Positions 18,887 to 30,986 of a stretch of 64,000 nucleotides of DNA are shown in pieces. Position numbers and translations under genes: made by a program. Below the pieces are notes generated by a model. The model was not told the origin of the DNA, made no database searches, and was given only the letters and a program-made list of their open reading frames with translations. Source of the DNA: Anaerohalosphaeraceae bacterium (GTDB lineage Bacteria > Planctomycetota > Phycisphaerae > Sedimentisphaerales > Anaerohalosphaeraceae); the NCBI GenBank assembly GCA_050309605.1, contig JBNRMN010000092.1, positions 1 to 64,000 of the forward strand. Direction: 5' to 3'. How positions within the stretch are numbered: the stretch's first letter is position 1; every line of letters begins with the position of its first letter.

Positions 18887-20095
18887 CTAATGTTCCGGCT
18901 TGCCCGTAACGTCTGTCGAAGGCGTTTTGGCGACAGTCTCTGCCGCCGCGACGATGGAACGGCCGATCTTGTCCCACGTGTATTTTTCACAAAACAGCGT
19001 CCAGGCTTCATCGGCCAGTTGATGTCCCCGCTCAGGCTGATCGGACAACATCAGACAGTATTCGGCAAACTTTTGCGGCTCATCGGCCAGCAGAAAATGC
19101 CGCCCGTGCTCACCCTGAATACCGTAAGCTCCGATGGAAGTGGCCACGACCGGACAGCACTTGCTAAAAGCGTCCAGTATTTTGATTCGTGTTCCTCCGC
19201 CGTAAGGAATCGGCACAATCATCGCCGACCAGCGCTGGATTTCTTCAGTCGGGTCGTCAATATACCCCACATAGTCAAACCCCTCTGCACGGATAAGATC
19301 ATTGTCTGACGGGATGCGCCCCACAATGCGCAGGCACATATTCGGTTTTTCCCGACGAATCAAAGGCCATATCCGATCACGGAACCAAATCAGACCGTCG
19401 CGATTTGGCCCATAGGCCAGATGGCTGATAAATCCCAAACGCAGGGGGTCGGGCGGTCCGCAGGTCGGTTTTTCGGCGGGCAAAATAAATCCGTTTGGCA
19501 CGACCGCGATTTTGTCGCCGCCGCCGAGCAGTTGTTTGTCCTGCTCACTGCACACGACCACCGCCGCATATCGCTTCAGGGCCTCACGTTCCAGCCGTTT
19601 CCATTTGTACGACTGGACGTGGGCGGACAGCCGAAAACGCAGCGTCGTCTGAATCCGGGCGCTCTGTTCGTATTTGCAGTGATTCAGGTCGTCCAGATCC
19701 ATAACCATACGCGCGGTGCGGGGCAATGAAAACGGCTGGGCCGCACCCAGCGTATGAAACCAGATAATGTCGTGCTCTGCGGCCAGCGTATCAAACAAGG
19801 CCTGCCCCTGCCGGTCAGCACGGATCCCGCAAAGCGTCGGCCAGTGCATATGAAACTTGCGAAGCAGTTCGCCCCGGCGTTTCGGAAAATCGGTATAAGA
19901 CCTCAAAATAATTTGATCAAAGCGGGAGAACTCCTGCCGGCATACGTTGACCGAATCCGAATCGAACTGCCGGTTGACCGCCAGCATCGTTACCTGGCCG
20001 CAGGACTTAAGCTGACGCGCGATATGGACGGTTCGCTGCATACACCCGGCATGGGGCGGCGCGATCAGGGCTTTGGTGACATAGAGAATCTTCAT
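18887..20095 (-). CDS. Glycosyltransferase family 4
   Basis: Start MKILYVT overlaps the upstream stop; motifs NRDGLIWF and GGGTRIKILDA. Confidence 0.88.
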   Translation of the reverse strand: MKILYVTKALIAPPHAGCMQRTVHIARQLKSCGQVTMLAVNRQFDSDSVNVCRQEFSRFDQIILRSYTDFPKRRGELLRKFHMHWPTLCGIRADRQGQALFDTLAAEHDIIWFHTLGAAQPFSLPRTARMVMDLDDLNHCKYEQSARIQTTLRFRLSAHVQSYKWKRLEREALKRYAAVVVCSEQDKQLLGGGDKIAVVPNGFILPAEKPTCGPPDPLRLGFISHLAYGPNRDGLIWFRDRIWPLIRREKPNMCLRIVGRIPSDNDLIRAEGFDYVGYIDDPTEEIQRWSAMIVPIPYGGGTRIKILDAFSKCCPVVATSIGAYGIQGEHGRHFLLADEPQKFAEYCLMLSDQPERGHQLADEAWTLFCEKYTWDKIGRSIVAAAETVAKTPSTDVTGKPEH

Positions 20096-21030
20096 GGCTT
20101 GCCCCGCACTGCGTTTTTCATCTTGAGATAGACATCCACCGACCGACGCAACGAACGCGGCAGCCGCAGCCGCAGAGCTGCTTCCCGACAAAAGCGTTTC
20201 GGTAACTGCTGACAATAGCGCTCCAGCAGCACATGGGCATCGTCGGTTCTGTCTTGCCGGATCAGGTCGCGAATCCAGATCTGGAGCATATGCGCTGCAC
20301 AGGCCGCAAAGGCGTCGCTGCGATGATGTTGTTGCGCCAATGTCCGATGTCGTTCAACCAGCTCAATCATATAATCCACCCGGTCGTTGACTTTCGTGGA
20401 ACTGGCAGGCGTATCCAGATGATACACCGCCAGCGACCGCGGCACATACCCGACCTGCGGAAACTGATAGGCGATGCGAAACCACAGGTCGTTGTCCTGC
20501 GCCCGCTTCATCCCCGGCTCAAATCCGCCGACGGCATCAAATACCGAACGATGAATCATCACCGTGATTGTCGAGATAAAAAACCCCCTGCAATAGGCGG
20601 CCAGATAATCCTCAAACACCCGATAGGCGTCTTCGCATCCCGGATGCGCCACACAATGCGCCTTCCAGTGCGGATGCGCCCATGCCAGACGGGTAAACGA
20701 CCACTTCAGATGAGGATTGCGATGATGACCGTCCGCCTGAAGCCGAAGCTTGTCGGGCATCCACTCATCGTCGGCATCCAGAAACGCAATCCATTGTCCC
20801 GTTGCCGCGGCGATTCCGGTATTGCGTGCAACGCTGACGCCGGCGTTGGGCTGCTGAATCAGCCGCACCGCCTCGCCGAACGTCCGCACTGCCGCGGCCG
20901 TGCCGTCGGTCGAACCGTCATCGACAACGATGATCTCCTCGGCCGGCCGCGTCTGGGCAAGCACGCTGCGCAACGCGCGGCCGATATGCCGTTCGGCATT
21001 CCAGGCCGGGATAATCACGCTGAGTTTCAT
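20092..21030 (-). CDS. Glycosyltransferase family 2
   Basis: Motifs LSVIIPAWN, VVDDGSTD, FLDADD. Confidence 0.93.
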   Translation of the reverse strand: MKLSVIIPAWNAERHIGRALRSVLAQTRPAEEIIVVDDGSTDGTAAAVRTFGEAVRLIQQPNAGVSVARNTGIAAATGQWIAFLDADDEWMPDKLRLQADGHHRNPHLKWSFTRLAWAHPHWKAHCVAHPGCEDAYRVFEDYLAAYCRGFFISTITVMIHRSVFDAVGGFEPGMKRAQDNDLWFRIAYQFPQVGYVPRSLAVYHLDTPASSTKVNDRVDYMIELVERHRTLAQQHHRSDAFAACAAHMLQIWIRDLIRQDRTDDAHVLLERYCQQLPKRFCREAALRLRLPRSLRRSVDVYLKMKNAVRGKP

Positions 21031-21032
21031 CG

Positions 21033-23267
21033 CTATCCAAACAGAATGCGCAGGATGTCGTTGTAGGTCACCAGCAGCATCAGTGCCAGAATCAACGCAA
21101 GCCCGACATACGTAATTGCCGCCTGCACCTTTTCGTTGATCGGGCGACCGATGATCTTTTCAATCGCCAGCATCACGATCACCCCGCCGTCCAGCACCGG
21201 CAGCGGCAGCAGATTCATCACCGCCAAAATCGAGCTGAGCAGACCCAGAAAATACAGATAATGAATCAGCGATGAACCGGCAATCGTATAACTGACGCTA
21301 ATAATGCCGACCGGCCCCATCAGCGAGGTCGTGGGCACTTCCTGCTTAATCAGCCGGTAGAGCGTCATCAGAGTGCGGATGATGAACTGATGCACTTTCT
21401 TGACGCCCATCCCCACGGCCTGAAAGGCATTGTCGGACTTAAAGGTCACGCGGTAGTCTTCAAACGGCAGCGCCGCCAGTTTTGTATCCAACTGCGCCTG
21501 CGCATGGACGGCCCCGCGTTCGGGCACAACCATTCCCGTTCCGCCGGCGCACCCCTGCGCGTCGATAAAGTCGATGGGGATACGCTGACCCCGTCTTTCT
21601 TTCAAGAGGTTCGCCACGTCATAAAAGGCTTCTACCGGCAGGCCGTCCACCGCGACGATTCTTGCGCCGGGCGGCAACTGCGGCTGTGCGGAGCCGGAGC
21701 CTTCTTCAATCACATGTGCGACAATCGGTTGTTCCATGGCCAGTTCCGGAATAAAACCAATGGTCACCCGATCGCTGCGCGGCACTTCATACGGCCGAAC
21801 CGTCAACTCCACTTTCTGTAAGTGCCCCTGTGCATCGGGACGCAGCACGGTCAGCGGCAAGTCTTTGCCTTTGTGGGCCGTAGTCACCTCGCGAAGGTCC
21901 TGAAAGTCGGGATAATCAATGTCCGCCACACGAATCAGGATATCGCCGGCAGCCAGTTTCCCGTTGGTCTGATTGTCGTCATCCGGCGCATCAGCTCGAA
22001 ACAGGCTCTTGAGACCCTCAATCAGCCGCTCAAACAAACCCAGCACCTGAGGCTGTTCCGACACGGCCGCAACTTTCAGACAGGGCCGCAAACCGAAAAT
22101 ATGCGCCAAGTCGAATTCTTCCCGGAAATTCGGAACGACCGGATTGATGCGAACCGGAAGCGAAACGGTCTCCAGCGTTCGCGGACTATCGGCCGGCCAG
22201 GATCGCGACACCGTCAGCACAGCCGTCGGCGCCAGTGTTTCGCGGACACGTTCGTTGAATTCCCACGGGGTCCTGACGGTCTGATTGTTGACGGCCTTGA
22301 TTTCATCGCCCGGACGCAAACCAGTCAGTTCGTACAGCATGTTGACTTCTTTGGGTTTTTGGGCGATTTTCGGTGAGATGGTCAGCGTATGCGCCGAAGA
22401 AATCCCAATCGTCCGCATCCCGGCCATTTCGCCGGCCGAGACAGCCGGCTCCTCGGCCACAACGCGAATCGTGTCTTCGCGTCCGCCTTCGCGGCGCACC
22501 ACCAGTGAGATCGGACGCCCCTTGCCCGACAGCACCGGCGCCAGCAGCAGCGACTCATAATCAACAAACCGCTCGCCGTTGATCTCCACGATCTCATCGC
22601 CCGGACGCAAGCCCGCTTCATAGGCCGGCGAATTGGGCACGACCTGGCCGACGACCGCCGGAATCAGATCAATGCCGCGCGAAAACAAGGCCATAAACAA
22701 TAGAATGGCGGCAATGGCGTTGAAGGTCACCCCCGCGGCCACGACCGCGATCCGAATCCACGTAGGACGGTTCTGGAACGACCGCGGATCGTCCGTCTGT
22801 TCAGCCGGGCCGGAATCCGACTGGCCGAGCATCTTGACATATCCGCCCAGCGGAACCAGACCGATTTGATATTCGGTTTCGCTGTCGCCTTCCTCAAGCG
22901 GTTGCCGCTGCCCGATACGAGGCAGAAAACGAACGCGAAAGCCCTTTTTGAGTTTGCGAATACCGAGGAAAACCGGCGGAAAACCAATCGAAAACGCTTC
23001 CACCTTGATGCCGCCCAGTTTGGCCACGAGAAAATGGCCCAGCTCGTGAACCATCACCACGCCGCCGAACCCCAGTGCCACCAGCAGCACGGATCGGGCG
23101 GCGCTGGGGTTAACGAAGGCAAACACGATCAAGGCGACCACCACCGCCGCGAATATCCCCAACTGAACAAACGGATTGGATTCTTTCAGCTCGCTTTGTT
23201 CATTGTGTTGCTGCGCGTCCTGCTGGGATTCGGGTGGCTGCGGCGTTGTATTTTTTTCTTCGGTCAT
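21033..23267 (-). CDS. rseP: Site-2 intramembrane zinc metalloprotease with multiple PDZ domains
   Basis: HELGH and NLLPLPVLDGG motifs; several PDZ repeats; directly downstream of dxr. Confidence 0.92.
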   Translation of the reverse strand: MTEEKNTTPQPPESQQDAQQHNEQSELKESNPFVQLGIFAAVVVALIVFAFVNPSAARSVLLVALGFGGVVMVHELGHFLVAKLGGIKVEAFSIGFPPVFLGIRKLKKGFRVRFLPRIGQRQPLEEGDSETEYQIGLVPLGGYVKMLGQSDSGPAEQTDDPRSFQNRPTWIRIAVVAAGVTFNAIAAILLFMALFSRGIDLIPAVVGQVVPNSPAYEAGLRPGDEIVEINGERFVDYESLLLAPVLSGKGRPISLVVRREGGREDTIRVVAEEPAVSAGEMAGMRTIGISSAHTLTISPKIAQKPKEVNMLYELTGLRPGDEIKAVNNQTVRTPWEFNERVRETLAPTAVLTVSRSWPADSPRTLETVSLPVRINPVVPNFREEFDLAHIFGLRPCLKVAAVSEQPQVLGLFERLIEGLKSLFRADAPDDDNQTNGKLAAGDILIRVADIDYPDFQDLREVTTAHKGKDLPLTVLRPDAQGHLQKVELTVRPYEVPRSDRVTIGFIPELAMEQPIVAHVIEEGSGSAQPQLPPGARIVAVDGLPVEAFYDVANLLKERRGQRIPIDFIDAQGCAGGTGMVVPERGAVHAQAQLDTKLAALPFEDYRVTFKSDNAFQAVGMGVKKVHQFIIRTLMTLYRLIKQEVPTTSLMGPVGIISVSYTIAGSSLIHYLYFLGLLSSILAVMNLLPLPVLDGGVIVMLAIEKIIGRPINEKVQAAITYVGLALILALMLLVTYNDILRILFG

Positions 23268-23305
23268 ATCAATCCTCAAAACAAATGATGTCTTTCAAAA
23301 GACGG

Positions 23306-24487
23306 TTATTTCTGAATCACGGTCTTGAACGAAGCAGACAGATGCTGCCCCGTGTACTGTCTGGCCCAGGCGTCCGCCGCCATCAATTCCTCAAGCGACA
23401 ACAAATGGCTTTGGTTCGTGTGTGCCTCCAGACACTGTTCAATCGAATCCACGATCGCCCCGAATGGAATCCGTCCGGCCAGGAACGCTTCCACCGCCAC
23501 TTCATTGGCTGCGTTAAAAACCACCGGCGCCGAACCGCCGCTTCGCGCCGCCTCAAAACCCAGCGTCAACGCGCGAAATTTACTCAGATCCGGCGGCTCA
23601 AACGTCAGCTTGCCCAGGCGATCCAGCCGCAGCCGATCGCATGCGCCTCGGACACGTTTCGGATAGGTCAGGGCATACTGAATCGGTAATTTCATATCGG
23701 GGGTGCCGAGCTGAGCGATAACGGAGCCGTCAACAAACTCCACCATCGAATGCACTACTGATTCAGGATGAATCAGCACATCAATCTTATCCACCGGCAG
23801 TCCGAACAGCCAGACCGCCTCAATCACTTCCAGCGCCTTGTTCATCATCGAGGCCGAGTCCACCGTAATCTTCGGCCCCATCGTCCAGGTCGGGTGCTCC
23901 AGAGCCTCTCGGATGGTCGCCCGACGCATCTGCTCCGGGGTTTTGTTGCGAAACGGCCCGCCCGATGCGGTCAAAATCACCTTATCGACCTCGGCCGAAC
24001 AGCCAGACTGCATCGACTGAAACACCGCCGAATGTTCGCTGTCCACCGGCAAAATCATCGCGCCGTGTTGCCGTGCCGTTCGGGTCAAAAGTTCCCCGGC
24101 AATCACCAGCGGTTCCTTATTGGCTATCGCCAGCGTCTTGCCGGCCTGAGCCGCGGCCAGCGCCGCCGGAAGTCCAGCCGCTCCGACCACCGCACACACC
24201 ACGATGTCCACCTCGTCCAATGAGGCGATTTCAACTAAACTGTCCGGCCCGGCCAAAATCTCGCACCCGCCGTTGCCCAGCCGCTCTCGGCAGGCCTGCG
24301 CCGCCTGCGGATCGGTCATCGCCGCCACGGATGGACGTACCGCCTCAATCTGTTCGCAGAACAGATCGACACGATGATGAGCCGACATCGCCGCGACTTC
24401 AAAGGCCGGCTCCAACGCGGATATCACCTCAAGGGCGTTGCGGCCGATAGACCCCGTTGAACCCAATATTGCAACTTTTTTTGCCAT
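23306..24487 (-). CDS. dxr: 1-deoxy-D-xylulose 5-phosphate reductoisomerase
   Basis: Motifs LGSTGSIG, LPVDSEH, TASGGPF, WTMGPKITVDSA. Confidence 0.97.
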   Translation of the reverse strand: MAKKVAILGSTGSIGRNALEVISALEPAFEVAAMSAHHRVDLFCEQIEAVRPSVAAMTDPQAAQACRERLGNGGCEILAGPDSLVEIASLDEVDIVVCAVVGAAGLPAALAAAQAGKTLAIANKEPLVIAGELLTRTARQHGAMILPVDSEHSAVFQSMQSGCSAEVDKVILTASGGPFRNKTPEQMRRATIREALEHPTWTMGPKITVDSASMMNKALEVIEAVWLFGLPVDKIDVLIHPESVVHSMVEFVDGSVIAQLGTPDMKLPIQYALTYPKRVRGACDRLRLDRLGKLTFEPPDLSKFRALTLGFEAARSGGSAPVVFNAANEVAVEAFLAGRIPFGAIVDSIEQCLEAHTNQSHLLSLEELMAADAWARQYTGQHLSASFKTVIQK

Positions 24488-24836
24488 AAACTTTTGATTA
24501 TCGTAAAAATCGCCTTAAACGTCAAGGAACCCTTTGGATTCTTGGCCCGATCTGCGGCAACAAAGAAACGGCGATTGTAAAAACAATATCGCCTCAAACA
24601 AGACAGTCTAAGTCAAACTCAAAGTCAAAAATTGCGTATATAATAGATACGTTTAGTTTTAATTTTTTTTCGTCATATTCTATGTTTATCGGGAAAATAC
24701 TATCAAAGAGCTATAAAAATCCAGAACATTTATGAAAATCAGCAACCGCTATTGTTTTTGAGGTGAATATTACCCATGATAGGCTCTTAGCCTATACGCG
24801 CAGAAAACGTGAATAAACAATTTCAGGAGTTACTTT

Positions 24837-25667
24837 ATGAACAATCAGGTTGCCAAGACGGATTATACCCCATCCCGTAAACCCATACCCGGTTTCACCC
24901 TCATTGAGCTTCTGGTCGTGATTGCCATTATTGCCTTGTTGTTGTCCATTGTTACCCCTGCGTTGCGCAAGGCCAAAGAGCACGCCCAGCGCGTCATCTG
25001 CGGCAGCAACAGTCGTCAGACCGCTATCGGGCTGATTACCTATGCCCAGAATAATGACGGCAGACTCATTGAGATCACCAATGATCAGGGCAATCCGAAT
25101 AATCCGCTGGCCTGGCATAGTGTGATTGCATACAGTCCAAATAATATGATTTCCGGCACCTCCACTCCGCGTCCGATGCATCTGGCGGTGCTTTATGATC
25201 TCGGTCTAATCGGCGATCCGGGCATTTTTTATTGCCCCTCCCAGCCGCGAACGTCAGATTATCCCATCCCGTATTATTACGATTTCTATACCGATAACGG
25301 AACCAGACAGTGGGGGTCTTTCTTTCCGCAAATTCCAGGCATGTCAGGACATTTATTTGTGCGCACCTCCTACAATTACTGGACATACGATCAAACACGT
25401 CTGAATCGTATCGGCAGCCACAGGCCGTTTCTGGTCGATAATCTGCAGCACTGGAAAGTCATCCCCCATCGACGGGGCAATAATCTTTCCCATCCGCCTC
25501 TGGGCGTAACGGCGGTCTATCCCGACGGCCACGCTGCCTTTGTAACCGACAGCGGAAACTATGTTTTTGACCCGGACATCTGGCAGCCGGATGCCGCCTT
25601 TGATAATGGACCGGGAAACCGGCTGGATGCTTATCTGACCATCCTGCAGCGGCTTCAGGGCAATTGA
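24837..25667 (+). CDS. Prepilin-type N-terminal cleavage/methylation domain protein
   Basis: GFTLIELLVVIAIIALLLSI; FYCPS; C-terminal YPDGHA; AGGAG RBS. Confidence 0.9.
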   Translation: MNNQVAKTDYTPSRKPIPGFTLIELLVVIAIIALLLSIVTPALRKAKEHAQRVICGSNSRQTAIGLITYAQNNDGRLIEITNDQGNPNNPLAWHSVIAYSPNNMISGTSTPRPMHLAVLYDLGLIGDPGIFYCPSQPRTSDYPIPYYYDFYTDNGTRQWGSFFPQIPGMSGHLFVRTSYNYWTYDQTRLNRIGSHRPFLVDNLQHWKVIPHRRGNNLSHPPLGVTAVYPDGHAAFVTDSGNYVFDPDIWQPDAAFDNGPGNRLDAYLTILQRLQGN

Positions 25668-25701
25668 TATTCGGTCTTGTGCCGAGCAATTCGAAAAAAG
25701 C

Positions 25702-25740
25702 AAACGCTGCGCACCGCTTCGAGCGGCACGCAGCGTTTTT
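25702..25740. terminator. Hairpin terminator between convergent genes
   Basis: aaacgctgcg...cgcagcgttttt. Confidence 0.6.
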
Positions 25741-25770
25741 GTCTGGTCTTGTCGTTTCGACCCGTCGTGA

Positions 25771-27045
<1,275 letters not shown>

Positions 27046-27072
27046 TGTGGACTCCTTTAAAGTCAACTCAAG

Positions 27073-28359
27073 TTATATTAGGACAGTTTTACCTGGTATA
27101 GCCACCGGTTCGGCGGGTCTGTCGCCGAAGGTGTAGGAAGGCAAGGTATAATCCAACGTCGAGGCACGCATTGCCCAATCCCATCGAATCGCACGGCCCG
27201 TATAGGCGCTCATACGTCCAATGATGGCGGTCATCGTGCTCTCGGCGATACGTTTGGCGTGATTGACAGGCGAGCCGCTGCGAATCGCCTCGATCAAATC
27301 TTTGTGTTCCTGAACCATCGGGTCATTGCCCTGACCCTGGAAACGGTAGGGGCGTTTTCCGTCCAGGACGCCGGATTCCATACTCAAAATCGCAGTACCG
27401 TCTGAGCCGCGGAAAAACTCGCCGATGCGGTCGGCGCAGCCGTTAATCTGGCGCGACATACTGGTTACCCGCCGATTGCCGGGATACTCAAACTCGACGG
27501 TGAAATGATCGTAGATGTTGCCCAGCGTGCGCACCTGCCGCCCTCCGAGGGCCATGGCCGAGATGGGATGCGCGTCCAGTACCCAGTTGACGACATCGAT
27601 ATTGTGGACATGCTGTTCAACAATGTGGTCGCCGCTGGTCCATGCGAACCACGGCCAGTTACGACACTGATACTGAATGTCGTCCATATCCTCTCGGTCG
27701 TACCATTTCCAGTAACCCAGCATATCGGCACCGACCCAATAGCAGTTGGCCGAGAGAATCTCGCCGATCTGACCGTCCTGCAGGCGTTTGACGACGTCCA
27801 GGTAGAGATTCTGGTGGCGACGCTGAGTGCCGGCGACAATGGACAGCCCTTTTTGTGCCGCCAGTTCGGCCGATGCAATAACCGACCGAACGCCGGCCGG
27901 ATCGACTGCCGCCGGCTTTTCTATGAAGCTGTGTTTACCGGCTTCGACGGCGGCCTTGAGATGGATCGGACGAAAGTGCGGCGGCGAGGCGTCAAGCACA
28001 ATATCCACCTCACGCATTGCGCACACTTTTTGATAGGCATCAAAGCCGACAAAGCACGTTTCAGGAGTAACCTTGATGCGAGTGGCGTCGTGTCGTTCTC
28101 TAAGCCAATTCAGTGTCTGGCCAAGTCGATCCTCGAACAAGTCAGCCATCGCAACCAGACGGACATTCGGATCGGCCCGGAAGCAGTCTTCCACCGCGCC
28201 GGCTCCACGCCCACCGCAACCAATCAGCGCAATAGTAAGGGTTTCCGAGCCGGCTGCGAAAACCGCTTCAGGCCTAAACAGCACCGAAGCGGCCGAAGCC
28301 GTGGCGGCTCCTTTGACAAACTCTCTTCGTGACAGGGGCCTTCCAAAAACATTAGCCAT
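27073..28359 (-). CDS. Tat-exported Gfo/Idh/MocA oxidoreductase (paralog)
   Basis: SRREFVK Tat motif; IGCGGRG, EKPAA, EQHVHNID. Confidence 0.92.
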   Translation of the reverse strand: MANVFGRPLSRREFVKGAATASAASVLFRPEAVFAAGSETLTIALIGCGGRGAGAVEDCFRADPNVRLVAMADLFEDRLGQTLNWLRERHDATRIKVTPETCFVGFDAYQKVCAMREVDIVLDASPPHFRPIHLKAAVEAGKHSFIEKPAAVDPAGVRSVIASAELAAQKGLSIVAGTQRRHQNLYLDVVKRLQDGQIGEILSANCYWVGADMLGYWKWYDREDMDDIQYQCRNWPWFAWTSGDHIVEQHVHNIDVVNWVLDAHPISAMALGGRQVRTLGNIYDHFTVEFEYPGNRRVTSMSRQINGCADRIGEFFRGSDGTAILSMESGVLDGKRPYRFQGQGNDPMVQEHKDLIEAIRSGSPVNHAKRIAESTMTAIIGRMSAYTGRAIRWDWAMRASTLDYTLPSYTFGDRPAEPVAIPGKTVLI

Positions 28360-28415
28360 CAACGATTCTCCTGGCAATCAAATTGAATGGTGGCATTCCG
28401 GTCATACGACCTGTT

Positions 28416-29063
28416 TCACCGTAACGGGGTCAGCACGATATTGCGAAACTCAATCGGCGAGCCTTCCGATTGCAGCGCAATCGCGCCGGAAGACGGCCAT
28501 ACATTAAACGCCCGGTTTTGATGCACACCGTTGACATACAGATCAATGGTGTCGCCCAGGCAGACTATTTTATAGTGATTCCACTGTCCGGCAGGATGTT
28601 CACTGGACGAGTCCTTTTTCGGCACGATCCTGAAGATGCTCTCGCCTTCCGGCTGATAACGCACACCGTTGACGGTAATGATCGAGCCGGGCTGAATCGT
28701 TACCAAATCGCCGGCGTTTTGGTGTTTGAGCTGCGCTTCGATGCACTGCGGCCAAATCTTATCCTCGCCGATGGTATGCAGCAAAACGCCGCTGTTGGTC
28801 GGCTCTTCGGGCCAGCGCCATTCCAGTTCAAGAATGTAATCGCTGTAGGATTCGATGGTGCGAATATAGCCCGTCGGCGTTCCCTTGCAGTGCAGCACAC
28901 CGTCATGAACCGACCAGACCGCCTCCGGTTCGGCGGCATTGTCCTGCACATACGTTGTCCAGCCATCCAGATTGTCTCCGTTAAACAGGGCGATGCGCTG
29001 CGTACAGCCGCCCATCACCAGTGCCGCCGCCAAACACCCTATACCCGTCAATAATCGCTTCAT
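28416..29063 (-). CDS. DUF1080 (3-keto-disaccharide hydrolase family) lipoprotein
   Basis: Lipobox-like VMGGC; LFNGDNLDGW, NSGV, GQWN, IALQSEG, FRNI. Confidence 0.9.
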   Translation of the reverse strand: MKRLLTGIGCLAAALVMGGCTQRIALFNGDNLDGWTTYVQDNAAEPEAVWSVHDGVLHCKGTPTGYIRTIESYSDYILELEWRWPEEPTNSGVLLHTIGEDKIWPQCIEAQLKHQNAGDLVTIQPGSIITVNGVRYQPEGESIFRIVPKKDSSSEHPAGQWNHYKIVCLGDTIDLYVNGVHQNRAFNVWPSSGAIALQSEGSPIEFRNIVLTPLR

Positions 29064-29131
29064 CCTGTGTGTTCTCCTGAAAACCGATCGTGGATCGCTA
29101 TTCTCTGGCGTCCGTCTTTTGACCTCTATCC

Positions 29132-30016
29132 TTACACGTCGCATAGTTTCACCGCCTCGGCCAGCGACCCGAGCGGATCGCGCCGCGGGATAAATTCCTG
29201 CCCCACATAGCCGTCAAAGCCGGTCTCCGCAATGGCCCGCATGATCGCCGGATAGTACAGTTCCTGCGTCTGGTCGATTTCATTGCGTCCGGGCACGCCG
29301 GCGGTGTGATAATGCCCGATACAGTCTTTGTATTCGCGAATCGTCGCAATCACGTCGCCTTCCTGCACCTGCATATGATAGATGTCATACAGCAGTCGGA
29401 AGTTGGGCGAGCCGACGCGCCGCACGAGCTGGCCGCCCCAGTGCGTGCGGTCGCACATATAGTCCGCATGATTGCGTTTGGAGTTGAGCAGCTCCATACA
29501 GACAGTCACTTTTTTCTGCTCGGCAAACCCGACGATTTCTTTGATGGCGATTTCGCAGTTTTTCATTCCTTCATCGTCATCCATTCCGGCGCGGTTGCCC
29601 GAAAAACAGATGACATTGGGAAAACCCGCCTCGGCGGTTTTTTCAATGCTCGCGCGAATTTGCGCCAGACACTGGGCGTGGTTTTGTGTTCGATTCAGCC
29701 CGCGAGTAATGCCGTGGCTGGGCGTCATCGCACAAATCAGGCCGTGTTTTTTGAGGATCGGCCACTCGTGCGGCTCAACCAGTTCAATCGATCGAATGCC
29801 GATTGAAGCGCAATAGGCTGCAAAATCATCCAGTGGTTGATTGCCGAAACACCACCTGCAGACGGATTGTTTGATGCGTCCTTTATGTTCCATAGGCCTC
29901 TCTTGTGCAAAAGCGTCTGAACAAGTCAAGATCCCCGCAACACCGGCCGCCAGACCCGCCGAGGAACCGGCCACAAATCCACGCCGCGTCAAGCCTGTAT
30001 CTGGCTGCTTTGTCAT
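29132..30016 (-). CDS. Tat-exported hydroxypyruvate isomerase/xylose isomerase-like TIM-barrel protein
   Basis: TRRGFV Tat motif; ELLNS, LYDIYHMQ, HTAGVPGRNE. Confidence 0.9.
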   Translation of the reverse strand: MTKQPDTGLTRRGFVAGSSAGLAAGVAGILTCSDAFAQERPMEHKGRIKQSVCRWCFGNQPLDDFAAYCASIGIRSIELVEPHEWPILKKHGLICAMTPSHGITRGLNRTQNHAQCLAQIRASIEKTAEAGFPNVICFSGNRAGMDDDEGMKNCEIAIKEIVGFAEQKKVTVCMELLNSKRNHADYMCDRTHWGGQLVRRVGSPNFRLLYDIYHMQVQEGDVIATIREYKDCIGHYHTAGVPGRNEIDQTQELYYPAIMRAIAETGFDGYVGQEFIPRRDPLGSLAEAVKLCDV

Positions 30017-30074
30017 TGTCTATCCTTTCGTCGCATTTAACCGCATTAAACGCTATCTATTTTCCGATAAACCT

Positions 30075-30986
30075 TCAGAAATCGTCTGCCTTGCGATAGG
30101 CGTCAATGAGCACTCTCTCACCCTCTCGGCCGCCGGCGCTGATGCCGTGTTCCATACAGATCACGCCGTCATAGCCTTTTTGATGCAAATGCTTGAAGAT
30201 ATTGCGATAATTGATCTCGCCGGTGCCCGGCTCTCGTCGTCCGGGGTTGTCGCCGACGTGGAAACTGGCGATTTCACCCCAGGCATTGTCGATATTGGGG
30301 ATCAGATTGCCCTCGGTAATCTGCTGATGGTACAGGTCATTGACGATCTTGCAGCAGGGATGGTTCACCGCCCGGCAGATGGCATAGGTCTGCGAGATCG
30401 TCGTCAAAAACAGCCCCGGATGGTCGCGTTTATTCAGCGGCTCCAACACAATCACCAATCCTGATTCTTCGCAGACCTCGGCAATGTATTTCAGGTTTTC
30501 TATAACATTGGCCGTCTGATAGCCCCAATCCATTCGCTGGTTATACCGACCGGGGACCATCAGGCCCCATTTGGCGCCGGTGCGCTGGGCCGTTTCGATG
30601 CCGCTGCGGACGCGATTGATCAAATCCCGCCGGATGTCCGCATCATTCAGGACAAAGCTTTCCTTGCCGAAATCCGCATAAATGACGAACGGCCCCATCT
30701 CCATATTCCGCTCGCGCAGGGCGTTGCCGATGCGTTCCTGCAAATCGGCCGGTTTGCCCATCAGGCCGTTGTCAAAAATCGCCCGAAACCCCTGATCGTG
30801 CATAAATCGAATCCCGTCAATCAGATCATTTCCGGCGTGCTGACGAAATCGTCCGATGTCGGGGGCATACTTGAGTTTGAAAGGGGTGTTCGAAGACGTG
30901 TGTTCCGCTGCCCCTGCTGTACCCAAACCGGTCGAAAGGGCGGTTCCCGCGGCCAGACTGCTTGCTAAAAAATGACGTCGATCCAT
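30075..30986 (-). CDS. Tat-exported hydroxypyruvate isomerase/xylose isomerase-like TIM-barrel protein
   Basis: DRRHFL Tat motif; LEPLN, DLYHQQ, GDNPGRREPGTGEINY. Confidence 0.9.
   Translation of the reverse strand: MDRRHFLASSLAAGTALSTGLGTAGAAEHTSSNTPFKLKYAPDIGRFRQHAGNDLIDGIRFMHDQGFRAIFDNGLMGKPADLQERIGNALRERNMEMGPFVIYADFGKESFVLNDADIRRDLINRVRSGIETAQRTGAKWGLMVPGRYNQRMDWGYQTANVIENLKYIAEVCEESGLVIVLEPLNKRDHPGLFLTTISQTYAICRAVNHPCCKIVNDLYHQQITEGNLIPNIDNAWGEIASFHVGDNPGRREPGTGEINYRNIFKHLHQKGYDGVICMEHGISAGGREGERVLIDAYRKADDF

Noticed and set aside
24488..24836. AT-rich intergenic regions (also 37816-38055 and 52143-52473) as ncRNA genes or a replication origin
   Set aside because: No recognisable tRNA or riboswitch fold and no DnaA-box cluster; they fit divergent promoter regions.
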